Below, piece by piece: positions 31,669 to 43,300 of a stretch of DNA of 64,000 nucleotides. The stretch is from Schmidtea polychroa (Eukaryota). The first letter of the stretch is position 1, and every line of letters begins with the position of its first letter. Below the pieces are notes generated by a model. That model was not told where the DNA came from. It ran no database searches and saw only the letters and a program-made list of their open reading frames with translations. Made by a program: the position numbers and the translations under genes. The DNA lies in the NCBI GenBank assembly GCA_044892525.1, contig CM097885.1, forward strand, positions 74,586,001-74,650,000, in the 5' to 3' direction.

Positions 31669-34180
31669 CTACAATTTAAATGCACACTATTTTAATGTAT
31701 TTGTACACTATAAATGCTAACTATAAATAATAAATGCTAACTATAAATAATAAATGCTAACTATAAATAATAAATGCTAACTATAAATAATAAATGCAAA
31801 CTATAATAAATAAAAGCTAACTATAATAAATAATTGCTAACTATAAATAGTAATGCTAACTATAAATAAATTATTTTCTAACTATGTTTGTTTTATTCAT
31901 AATAAATACTTCTTTGTCGTTATAGCAATGGTGGAATTTAAAAAAAATTCAGAGTTTGACTTTGTTCCAGAATACTGTTCTTCAGGAAATGAAGATGAAG
32001 AACACGTTTTAAAACTTGAAACTCGAAGGAAAAAAATTTGCAAAGACTGGAAAAGAGCAAATGCATTTGCAAGTTCAAATGAAGCTGAGGATTTTGTAGA
32101 AAACGAAAAAGTGTGGTCTTGTTTTCGGACAAATAAAACTGAAGAGGGGAAAAAGAGGTTTTTCCGCTGTAATCGTGTTAAATTTCGTGGGGAACAATGT
32201 TCAGCCTCAGTTTACTTGTGGTACGAGTCCAGCACTAGTGATGTTGTTCTATACAGATCAGGACATGCACATGATTGTGACAACATCAAAACAAGAACAA
32301 CAATGACAGATACCGTCAAAGCTGAAATTGACAAATTGTTTGCTTTAAAATTGAAACCAAAAGCAATGTTAGAACATTTGTCTAACGAAAAATTACCCCT
32401 TCCGAGTCAAACACAACTGAATAATCATCTGGCATCCTTGAGAAAGTCCAAATATGGTGCCAACATCATTAGCCTTGGAGAATTAAATCAGTGGTTGCAA
32501 ATTCATTCAGCTGTTCCAGAAGCAGATAACAAAGCATTTGTTGTTGCATATGAAATTAAATATGAGGACACTGGATATTTCCGGTATTTCATTTCATCCA
32601 AAACAATGTTGAAAATGGCTTTAAACGCTGACAACATTCATGCAGATGCTACATACAAACTTGTATGGCAAGGCTTCCCTGTTCTTGTTATTGGTACAAC
32701 AGATCGCAATCGCCAGTTTCATTGTTTTGGTATTGGAGTATGCACCGATGAAAAAACTGAGGACTTCAAATTTTTGTTTATTGCATTGAAGAATGGAGTT
32801 CCTAAAATCTTCAATGCTCCCTTCAATCCAAGCACATTAATTTCTGATGCATCAAAAAGCATCCAAAACTCTTTCATAGCAGTGTTTGGCAAAGACGTAT
32901 TGGTGATTATATGCTGGGCTCATTGAAAAAAAATGTTCAGAAAAAAGTGGATTCTTTGATTCCAAAAGATGCAAGACAGGAAAATTTGTCTGACATTGAT
33001 TCTTTGCAACCCAGTCAATCCAGAGAAGTTTTTGAAAAAGCATCAATTTTATTCTTGAAAAAGTGGAAGGCAAACAAGGAGTTTGTCGAATACTTCACAG
33101 CTGAATGGCTGAAATCAAATAAAAATTGGTTTGAAGGTGCCAAAAAACTAACACCTAGCACAAACAAAGCCCTTGAGGCATACAACCGAGTCATGAAAGA
33201 TGAAGATTCTATGAGAGAGCGAGTCTCACTATCAAGATTTACTGTTGGATTGGTTGATTGGATTGAAAGGTGGTCCAACAATTACGAATCTGGAATTAAA
33301 GTCATCAAAACCGAACCAGAAATTGACTTGGAACTTTGGACTAGCTCATACCAGTGGGCAAAGTTGAAGAAAACCATTTCTCCAGAATCAACAGAGAGTG
33401 GTGTTGTTTACAAAATTGCTGCAAAAGATTTGACAGAAACCTAAGATGGAATCGACAACTGGGAAACGTTTGATGAGTTTAAAATTATTGCATTTCTTTC
33501 ATGGACTACTATTTTACCAAAAGATCAAAATGACTGGATTAACGGAGACTGTAACTGCCCTTCTTTTTTTAAAAAAATGCTTTGCAAACACATTGTTGGA
33601 TTAGCTATTCGACTAAAGCTTGTAGCCCCTCCAACCGAAGCGAAAAATGTTCCAATTGGAACCAAAAGAAAGAGAGGTCGCCCTGCAAAAGCAAAAAAAG
33701 CATTGCTGTTGCAGTAGAACTAAAAATTTATTATATCTAGTGCAAATAAAATGCAGTTATCATACAAAACATTTTGTTAAACCATTTTTTAAATGTCTAT
33801 AAATTGTTGTATTTAAGCATTCACAATAAATTGTAATCTCTATGCTTTTTTATTCATTGAAATATATCTGAAATTTTTATTTTATAATGTATAAATATTT
33901 TTGAAAATAGTGTGCAAATATTTATTTTTTAGTTTGCAGAACATAGTTAGCAAATATCGATTTTATAGTGTGCAAAAATCATTTTTTTAGTTTGCAAAAT
34001 ATAGTTAGCAAATAAGTATTTAATAGTGTGCAAAAATCATTTTTTTAGTTTTCAAAAAATAGTTAGCAAAAATAAATTTTATAGTGTGCAAAAATTATTT
34101 TTTAGTTTGCAAAAATAGTTAGCAAATGTTAATTTTTTAGTGTGCAAAATGGGATTATTTAGTTTGCATTTAATTAGGAG
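31669..34180 (+). mobile_element. Mutator-like (MULE) DNA transposon with long repeat-rich TIRs
   Basis: inverted ends CTACAATTTAAATGCACACTA / TAGTTTGCATTTAATTAGGAG with subterminal GCTAACTAT / ATAGTTAGC arrays around a transposase. Confidence 0.75.
31928..33717 (+). pseudogene. MULE transposase with SWIM finger (frameshift ~32925, stop 33442)
   Basis: IHADATYKL, VLVIGTTDRNRQFH, ISDASKSI, ICWAH, CNCPSFFKKMLCKH, KRGRP. Confidence 0.85.
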
Positions 34181-34764
34181 CCATAATTTTAGACCATAAT
34201 TCAATTTCTAGGCCCATAATTTACTATTATTCAAAAATCTGACACCATAATATACTGTAATTCAAAAATTTAGACCCTTTATTAACTTAAATTTAAAAAT
34301 TTACCACGCTTTTTCTTTGAATACCCTTTTTTGTATTGAAAATCCCAAGATCAAGGAGACCTACCTTAATCGTATATTTTTTTTAGTGATAATCGGATTT
34401 TGTCTTGAAAATATCATGAGACCTTAAATTACCACGCTTTTTATTGAAGAACCTCTTTTTGTATTGAAAATCCCAGGACAAAGGTGACCCACCTTAATTT
34501 ACTTGGAAAAATCCTTGCTTTTTTAGTGTAGACCCTCCTTTTTGTATTGAAAATATCCTGAGACCTTAAATTACCATGCTTTTTTAGTGTAGACCATCTT
34601 TTTGTATTGAAAATCCCAGGACTAAGGAGACCCCTTCACTATAGTCTGAAAAATTCTTGAATTTTTAGCGAGGACCCTTTTTTCTATTGAAATTCTCAGG
34701 TTCCATCGAGAGTTTTTATGTGGGGGTACCCCTTACTTAATTGTTGCAGGGGGCTCCTAACTAA

Positions 34765-35245
34765 CTACTATTAAATAATAGTTTCTACGGCAAGACTGTT
34801 GAGAATCTTAAAAAACGAATTAATTTACGTCTATATAATAATTCACAAAAATTATTAACATATACATCCAAACCATCTTTTAAAAAATCAACTAGGATTG
34901 ATGATAACCTCATATCTGTTTTGTTGAGGAAAGAGTCAGTGTGTTTAGTTTAGACCTAGTTACATTGGTCAAACAGTACTGTCTTAACTCAGAATGTATC
35001 AGTTGTAATATGAAGATCTTCTAAAATATCGCAATGAATTTAATTGTGATATTAATATTGTAGGTGGGGACACTGACTCCATCTTCTTGGAAATTAAAAA
35101 TCTGTCTTTAAATACTCTTTTACCGGCGATGGTTAGGGATCAATTATTAGATACGTCGAACCCCAATCATCCATTATATAGTGGAAACCTGGATTCTGTA
35201 ATAGGCAAGTTTAAGAATGAGAATAAGGGACTACTATATGATGAG
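34765..35245 (+). pseudogene. Polinton/Maverick protein-primed DNA polymerase B fragment
   Basis: LLLNNSFYGKTVENL (motif B), RPSYIGQTVL, GGDTDSIF (motif C), DTSNPNHPLYS...IGKFKNE. Confidence 0.8.

Positions 35246-35333
<88 letters not shown>
35246..35333. repeat. (AAT)n microsatellite, insertion site of element 2
   Basis: direct. Confidence 0.95.
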
Positions 35334-35335
<2 letters not shown>

Positions 35336-35899
35336 TTGGGGTTCAGTAGGAACCGAAATTGAAGGTTCGAAATTAAATAATAATTAAAATAATAATTAAT
35401 TACGAAAATATGAAGTAAAATAAAAATAGTACTTTAAAATTACCAAAAATAGAAATTAAATACTAAAATTAAAACTAAAATATAATTAGTAATAAATAAT
35501 TACTAAAAATAGAATTATAGAAATTATTTAAAAATATATAATAAAAATAGTAATTAAACAATTACTATTAATAGAATTAGGAAAGTAAAAATTATATAAA
35601 TAGCAGATGAAAATCAGATGAAGGGACGGAAAAATTAGAGACAAGCAAGTCAGAAGGGAATCACAATAGTTGAAAATAGTAACGATCAAATCAATTTAAT
35701 TCGGCAAGGAAAATTCTTGACATTTGGCATTCAACATAAATTTTGGAAATTTCATTTCGTCAATTGGATCAGGAAATTTTCATAGGAATATCGATCATAA
35801 ACTAAATTTGTTACTGGAATTATTTATTACGAAATTCTTCGGAGCCATAGAATATTTTTATCAGTTAGTTTTTGTTATCAATTTCCAAGTAATTTTGAA

Positions 35900-35970
<71 letters not shown>

Positions 35971-36377
35971 TTATTTAAGTTAAATTAATTCATAAATAAG
36001 GGATATTATAACGTCATCACTAATTTTTGTGTTGTATTGTTATTTGAAAAAGAGTTAACCAATTCTGGGTTGACTCTATCGCGTAAAATTTGGTGATCTT
36101 CCCTATCTTTTTCCTTTCACTTATATCGGGCTGTTGGCGCATTTAGAGCCAGCCTTGATTCGTAGAAATATTCTTCAGGGCGGTTTGCATAACCGTTTTC
36201 TTTTCTTCAGAGAGCAGCGTGAATAATTTGTACAAATAAACAATCGTGTAATTTTTATCATTAATAAATATTGTAAATCATATTTCTTATTTATTACCTA
36301 TACGCATAAATTATTTATTTGGAGTCAGATAGAACGTTTTTTGTGTTAGTTCGACTACCTACCTATCGAACTTAACA
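35334..36377 (+). repeat. 5' LTR of element 2 (1044 bp, contains (TA)n 35901-35964)
   Basis: TGTTGGGG...CTTAACA; near-identical to 47979-48050 and 48624-49617. Confidence 0.95.
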
Positions 36378-36380
36378 TTT

Positions 36381-36398
36381 TGGTGAGCCCGACGTGAT
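36381..36398 (+). promoter_or_regulatory. Primer-binding site complementary to tRNA-Trp 3' end
   Basis: TGGTGAGCCCGACGTGAT; reverse complement ATCACGTCGGGCTCACCA differs by one base from the canonical eukaryotic tRNA-Trp end ATCACGTCGGGGTCACCA. Confidence 0.85.
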
Positions 36399-36476
36399 AA
36401 AATTATCAGCGGGTAGATATTGAAATAAAACAAAATAGCGTTAGGAACTAGAGCCAGAGTAAAACTGGATAATCAA

Positions 36477-37974
36477 ATGGCAGAGGAAGCTAATGTAAAT
36501 GCATTTGCCAGATATCCCGCTCTGCCCGTAAAGGCATTCAGCGGTGATCCGGGAGAATTCCCCGAGTTTATGTCTGAATATTATCAGATGGCCAAAGCAT
36601 ATGCCTATCCAGATAATATCATGATACAAAGGTTACCTATATATTTGAAGGGGCTGGCAAGAGAAAAATATAACGATATAATGTGCATTACCAGTTGCTC
36701 AAGCACCAAAAACATGGGCGGAAATGAGAGAACAAATGACTGCCCGAATATTGCCCGGAGATGCGGGAAGAATATTTAGACAACAATTTTATCATCGAAA
36801 ACAGAATGCCAATGAACATGTGGGGGAATTTGCACACCAGCTATCATTAATTGCTGAAAGAGCATTTGGACCAAAAACCACATGTGCAAAGCCTACAGAA
36901 TTGTTAGTTAAGGATCAGCTATGGACAGGACTTACTCCTACTATGAGGAACGCTCTAATATTACATACTAGTGATGATTTTGACGAATTGACGCGGAAAG
37001 CTGTCGTAATTGAAAGCAGCTTGGAAAAGTCAACTATGTTCCTGGTAAACAGTGAAAGAACACCGGTAGAGTGTTTCAATTGCCATAGAAAAGGGCATAT
37101 AGCGAAAGATTGTACCAGCAGGAAAAGTATGGACAATCGCAAAAGTATACAATGTACCAAATGTGGACGGAATAACCACGGTGCGGAAAATTGTAGAGTG
37201 CAGAATTTGCAATGCGAAAAATGTAAACGTAAGGGACATGTTGCTGCGGTCTGCAAGACTAGAAGTCCTCAGAACAGCAATAATTTTAGTACAATTAAAA
37301 GAGATGATGTAAATTCATCAGGAAAGATAAAATGTCACGGATGTGGGAAATTCGGACATATGATGAGGTCATGTCCTCAGAATCAGAGTGGAAATAAGGG
37401 TCAGTTCAATAAAAATACCGATAAGGGTAATGTGAACAAACCTAAGACAACTTTTATGGTTAACCAGGATCAAGGGTTAACTTATCTGCAACAACTGGAA
37501 ATGGAAATCCAGGAGGAAAAGAATAGGTTGGCTAGATTAACCGACCAAGAAAGTACCATCTTTATGGTAGAAGTTGGAAGAGATGAATTTCTCAGAAAAA
37601 AGGACTCCGTTAGGGAGGACCTTCAGGAAACGGAATCAGAGGAGAGTTCCGATGATGAACCTAGTATGGCCACCATACTAAGCGAGTTCGATAGAACCTT
37701 GCCAGGGAAAGCAAAGGTAAAAGAAGGGTCAGATACCCTAACAAAATGTTTAAAACTGGTGGATTCCAGATATGAGTACCAGCAGAAGCTGGCCAGACAA
37801 TTGGGAAAATTGGGAGAAACAGAAATTAAAATTCATGAAATAGATACAGTAGTAAAACTGATATCGCAGGTCGAAGATGATCCAAAGTATCATAACGACA
37901 CGTACAAAATCCTAAGGAAATTAGGAACCTCTTGGAACGTGAATGGGATCTCCAAGATGCCCAGCTCAATATAA
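36477..37974 (+). CDS. gag: Gag with 4 CCHC knuckles and first helical domain, element 2 (frameshifts ~36680 and ~37940)
   Basis: LPIYLKGLAREKY; CFNCHRKGHIAKDC, CTKCGRNNHGAENC, CEKCKRKGHVAAVC, CHGCGKFGHMMRSC. Confidence 0.9.
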
Positions 37975-40382
37975 AACTCCCACAGGATAAAGAGTATAAT
38001 CTCGATATAAATGTAAGAAGTCGAGCCGATAAATTAACGGAAGCATTGGCAAGTACTAAGCATCAAGGATATGACTTATACTTATGTGGAACAAAACTAG
38101 AAGCAAATCAAACACTTCTACAGAACGGAATACTCCCAGGTAGAGTGACGAAGCTCACAGCAAAGAGAGCACAGAAGCCAGTAGCAGTAATGGATCAAGA
38201 TAGCGTATTCTTGATTACTCAAATGGAAATAGAAAGTTTGGAAGAAACTCAACAATTAACCCAGCGACTAGGGTTGGAATTGCAGAAATCTCCACGAGAT
38301 GGAGAAACTATAAAGGAAATACTGGACTGGATGTTAGTATTACGAATACCAGTAGATTTGTTGGAAGCAATAATTCCACTTATACTACCAGTGGTAAAGG
38401 AAACAAGCCCATTCCAGACGCAAATCGAAGCGCTGATGAGGAAAAATGGGAAAGCTATCCGAAGTCAGCCTGATAGACAAGGCAACATTAATCTAGACGT
38501 GCGAATGATGGGAAAAGAACCATTAACAATGATTTATAATTGTTATATCAAGGTCAAAATATTGAGGAGAGATGTGATTGCCACCGATCAAACTACAGGT
38601 ATATTCCTGATAATGGTCCATGGTAGGCAAGTTGATGATGATGAGTATCTAGTGTATGTGGGTTGTCTACCGTTGGCAACAACCACGGTAATGATCATCC
38701 CAGTAACTCCACCGGAGTCCCAGTGGTCACTAATGAGACTTCCAGATATAGCAAACGAAATTGTGGAAGAGATTGAGGAAATAAGGCTAGAGGAAATTAA
38801 TCCCTGTCAAATGGTGGACATTGACGAGGAAGATTACTTCTCAGAGTACGTCAGATTAAATCCAGGAGAAACAATCGTAGGAGCTACTACGTCACAAGCT
38901 GTAACAAATCCGGAGACTAAAAAACCTCCGGAGAAAGTGAAAAAAGATGGACGAGGACGTCCTAGAAAGGATCAAATGAAACCTCCACCCAAGGAGCAGT
39001 TAAATCCGGAAACGATTCGGAAAATTCAGTTAAAAACATTAGCAGGGACAGCTCAAGAAATGGACGACCAGGCGGGAGATGAGACAACGTCAGAAAGGTC
39101 GTTATTGTGGCAACGTATACAACAAATGATCGGGATTATCAGGCCCGAATGGAGAATTCCAAAAACCAAGGGGATCGAAGTTAAGAAGATAACAAAAGAA
39201 ATCAAAAAGACAATGGATAGGATATCCAAAGATGTATCAACAGGAGATATTCAGGATACCATAGAAGCATTCGTACAGCAAGGATTAACAAGAGGGAAAG
39301 TGTTAACATCACTATCATTGTTAATTCAAAATGCCTTAGCCCGAGTAGGGGATGATAAAAGGCGTATAGAACGAGAAATCGATCAAATAGTCGAAATGGT
39401 AGATTATTACCTGGAGGTATGGATGACCGTAAACAAATTTTGGGAAAAGGAAACGATTCCAAAACCACGATATGAAGTCGTGGAAGAAGCCATAAATAAT
39501 GTTAGTTCAGGCACAGGAAACATGACAAGCATGATCCTGATGTTCCTAGTAATGATGGGCATATTAAAACAAACAAACTCATTAACGGTATTTGATTGTG
39601 GAAACCCTAAACTATCTCGGGTATATTCGCTAGTAGATGCAATTGAGTGCAAAGAGGCGTATCCCGAGAAGGTCCATCAAGGGGAAAAGGTAGAATATTA
39701 TGTCTACCAAGAGAGTGAATTCTATAGAACCACGATAAAGGAATGTAGAGTCCAGAGAGCTACATTCGAATATTATTGCTGTAGTAATAGCTATTCTGCT
39801 TTTCTATCCGCAACATTAATACCAGGGCCGGTAAACATAATGCCCGAAGATTGCTTAGATGCATTTCGAAAAGGAAGTGTGAGGATAGACAACGAGGTAT
39901 CAATCCCAGCAGAAATTGGGAAAACATTGGGAATAACAATCACTCGAGGAGGAACAATTGCCTCAGATGGAACCTGCGAAGGAAGAAAGAAAATTCGCGG
40001 TAGCAATTTAGTTTCCTATGTGGTAGACATAGAAGATTACTCAGTAGAGCTACGAGAATACGAGGGAACATTCGATGTGGCCACAGGAAAATTGATGGCA
40101 CATCCGCAATGCAATGCCAAGTTCGGTAGTTGTAAAACGGGAACCACTACATTAATTTACGAACAAATGAGAGATCATTGTGAGTTGGCTTTTCTCAAGA
40201 AAATTCCTTTTAGAAAACTAAATGGAACTAAATATCTGGATTCCCGGAATCCACAAAAGGTTTGGGATAAAGCAAAAACGTTGAAGAAAATCAACAAACA
40301 AGAGAAGGAAGATATTGGAGAGGAAAACACACCTCTAGTATTGATATCGGAAGACAAAAAGGAAGCAATTCGATTTGTCTGA
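37932..40382 (+). CDS. env: 2x Ubl, AT-hook, Bcl-2-like domain, signal peptide and N-half of chuvirus-like glycoprotein in one open frame, element 2
   Basis: LYLCGTKLEANQTLLQNGI; IMVHGRQVDDDEYLVYVG; GRGRPRK; GLTRGKVLTSLSL; VWMTVNKFWE; MILMFLVMMGILKQTNS/LTVFDC. Confidence 0.8.
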   Translation: MEREWDLQDAQLNIKLPQDKEYNLDINVRSRADKLTEALASTKHQGYDLYLCGTKLEANQTLLQNGILPGRVTKLTAKRAQKPVAVMDQDSVFLITQMEIESLEETQQLTQRLGLELQKSPRDGETIKEILDWMLVLRIPVDLLEAIIPLILPVVKETSPFQTQIEALMRKNGKAIRSQPDRQGNINLDVRMMGKEPLTMIYNCYIKVKILRRDVIATDQTTGIFLIMVHGRQVDDDEYLVYVGCLPLATTTVMIIPVTPPESQWSLMRLPDIANEIVEEIEEIRLEEINPCQMVDIDEEDYFSEYVRLNPGETIVGATTSQAVTNPETKKPPEKVKKDGRGRPRKDQMKPPPKEQLNPETIRKIQLKTLAGTAQEMDDQAGDETTSERSLLWQRIQQMIGIIRPEWRIPKTKGIEVKKITKEIKKTMDRISKDVSTGDIQDTIEAFVQQGLTRGKVLTSLSLLIQNALARVGDDKRRIEREIDQIVEMVDYYLEVWMTVNKFWEKETIPKPRYEVVEEAINNVSSGTGNMTSMILMFLVMMGILKQTNSLTVFDCGNPKLSRVYSLVDAIECKEAYPEKVHQGEKVEYYVYQESEFYRTTIKECRVQRATFEYYCCSNSYSAFLSATLIPGPVNIMPEDCLDAFRKGSVRIDNEVSIPAEIGKTLGITITRGGTIASDGTCEGRKKIRGSNLVSYVVDIEDYSVELREYEGTFDVATGKLMAHPQCNAKFGSCKTGTTTLIYEQMRDHCELAFLKKIPFRKLNGTKYLDSRNPQKVWDKAKTLKKINKQEKEDIGEENTPLVLISEDKKEAIRFV

Positions 40383-43300
40383 AAAGATAAAAAGACTAAA
40401 TGTGGGAAAAGAGTATACGAGACGAACTACAAAGGAATTTTTCTGTCAAGAGAATATATTCGAAATTCCAAGGTCTTACATGTAAAGGATATCAAAATCA
40501 CGAATTATATAAATAATAAAGTAGATTATTTATATCATGATCTGCAAGGACAAATGCAAGATATGTATCAAGAGGTGATACTAAATGATTGCAAGCTAAA
40601 TCGTGAAATAGTCCGAAATAGATTAGCAATATCTATCGTTAACCCAGAGTTGGTTACCCCAATGTTATTGGAAGATGGAATGTTTGGTAGAATCATGGGA
40701 GAAGCTATATATAGCTATGAGTGTAAACCAGTGGAAGTACAATTAGCCAGGTTTGATCAATGTACTTTAGAACTGCCAGTGTTTTACCAAGGAAAATTGA
40801 GATTTGTTATGCCAGTAACCAGAAAGTTACTTGAGGAAAACGCTAAACCTCAACCAGCTATATGCAATCCGGCAATATCACCATTATACAAAATAAATGA
40901 CACGTGGATATCTCTTCCGGAAAGAAAACCATCTACACGACGAGTAGAGACCTTGGAGGCAACTAAATTAAAAGATAATCTGGAATTCGAGTCCTTAGAC
41001 GAATTAGCAAAAGGAGGGATCTATACTCCCGACGATATCGAGGAAGCAAGAAGGACATTGCAGTTCCCACAAATCAGAGACAGAGGTATCACGGAAATTA
41101 TAAGAACAATTTATCATGATAGCTTAATCAGACCAGACTACAATTTATTATTTGGACCGGAACACTATAAAGAAGCAGCAAAGAACGTAATGATGAAAAT
41201 ATGGGGACGATTTACCAATTTTGGTATTTTCGTCGCGGGATGTTTAGGAATTTACGCAATATTTGTAATTTTAAAGCTGATAATTACGCAATTGATGTCA
41301 ACATATAGCATATTCAAAATTGGGGGATGGTCATGGAAACTGCTATTAGGATTATGTCCTATGTGTGCAGAGTTTGCATTATTCAAACATCACAGAAAGG
41401 AAATTAAAGAAATTAGACAGAAACATTTGGTCAAACATGAAGTAATTGGAACAGAAATGGAGGAATATTCTAGTTATCGGGACGATAACAATTCAAAGGG
41501 AGGAGGTAATGGAGGCTCTCGTGAAACATCCTCAAGAACAAATCAATCACGAAAACAGAAATACAACAAAAAACCGATTCAGCAACAAAGAAAATCGAGA
41601 TTTAAGGAATATCTTCCTCCATATGACCAATCAAAGGAAATCTACGTGAGAAAACAATCCTCAGAAGGAGAATATGACAGTTCCGACCAAAAATTCGACA
41701 TAAGATCACCCAGATTCAAGAAAAGTCCAAGATATGTACAACTGCCAACTCTGAGGAGTTTACCGTCCGCACCAAACGAAGGGCGGGAACACTCAAAGGA
41801 AACAACACTCAGAACAGGACTACACCAATGGAAAATCGGTGAAGATACCATATTTAATAATCTGACATGTTCAATATTGCCAGAATTACCTAAAGTGCAC
41901 TATCCAAAGGAAGCGTTAGAATCAATTAAAGCTAAATTTAAAGAGTATAATCCTCAACTGAGTGATCCTGAATTACTGGAAGCAGAACAAACGAGAGCCA
42001 ATACAATCGGTATCTCGCACGATACTATCTTGATGGTCAATAACCCAGTGAATTTGGATAAAAAGCCAATGATAAAAATAAGAGTGAACCGACATACAGT
42101 TAATGCGGTGATAGACTCAGGAGCAGATGGTACCATAATAGAAGCTAAATTGTTAAACCATCATGAACTGCAGTCGCTAAAACCGGCAGGAGTAAAATTA
42201 ACAGGAGCAAACGGATCATCATTAAACGTAATAGGGTCATTATCCTGCCAGATTAAGCTATGTGACCAGGAGCTCCATCACGACATCATAGTGATGAGAA
42301 GTCTCCCAGCCGAAGGTCTATTGGGTATGGACGTTCTAAAAAGACTACGAGGAGTAGTATTCGATTGTGCATCTGGATTGTTAATCCGAGCACGAGGTAA
42401 AAAGAGAAAAATTTACAACGATGATACAGCTTATATAGATCACACAACTATCATACCACCCAGAGCAGAAACAGTATGCTTTGTAGCTACAAGCAATAAT
42501 TGGGAAGGGGAAGTTGTATTTGAACCAGACGAAAGATTTTCGGAGAAATACAATATACCAGTTACGCATAGCGTAGGTTTAATAGTCAATGGCAGAATAC
42601 CAATCAGGGTAACCAATTTGGACATTAAACCACTGTACTTATATCCAGATACCAGAGTGGGCAGAATCTGGAAACAAAACGAACCACAAGCCACGAGAGA
42701 AGGGTCGATACTCACCGTAAAGGCAGAAGAAAGAGATCCAGACATTGAGTACTATGATGCTCCTACAGCAAATAGCAAAGTGCTAACCAGAAAGGAAAAC
42801 ATTCAAGTAAATATGCTGTTGAGGAAATATGACCAAGTATTCGCAAAACATGAATACGATCTGGGAAAAACAAACCTGTTAGAACATGAGATTGTTTTCA
42901 CCAATACAAAACCTATAAAGTTGAGACCATACCGTATTCCATTCAGTCTGGAGGAATCAGTAGATAAACAGGTGAAATTGATGTTAAAACATGGCATAAT
43001 CAGACATAGTAAATCACCATATCAGTCACCAATGATAGTGGTGGCCAAGAAGGATGGATCAGTACGATTATGTAACGACTATCGCATGGTTAACGAAGCA
43101 ACATGCATAGATAGCCATCCATTGCTATTGTTAGATTATATCTATGGACGCATGAGAAACGCTAGGTTCGTCTCAGTAATGGACGCTCAAAAGGGATTTT
43201 ATCAAATTAAGCTAAAAGATGAGACTATACCAATAACAGCATTTTCTACGAGTATGGGCCATTACGAATATAACGTAATGCCATTTGGACTCACCGGAGC

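Noticed and set aside
23281-34700. Tandem arrays (23281-23455, 29000-29360, 31700-31870, 33900-34170, 34300-34700) as CRISPR-like arrays
   Set aside because: Degenerate repeats without unique spacers, eukaryotic context, no cas genes; explained as LTR or TIR subterminal repeats.
35087-35978. ORFs with poly-Ile or (YI)n runs, and ORFs containing X runs at 25341, 30118, 48346
   Set aside because: Translations of (AAT)n/(TA)n microsatellites or N gaps; only the Polinton part of 35087 is meaningful.
36381-36398. tRNA gene
   Set aside because: Only the 18-nt complement of a tRNA 3' end (PBS); no cloverleaf.
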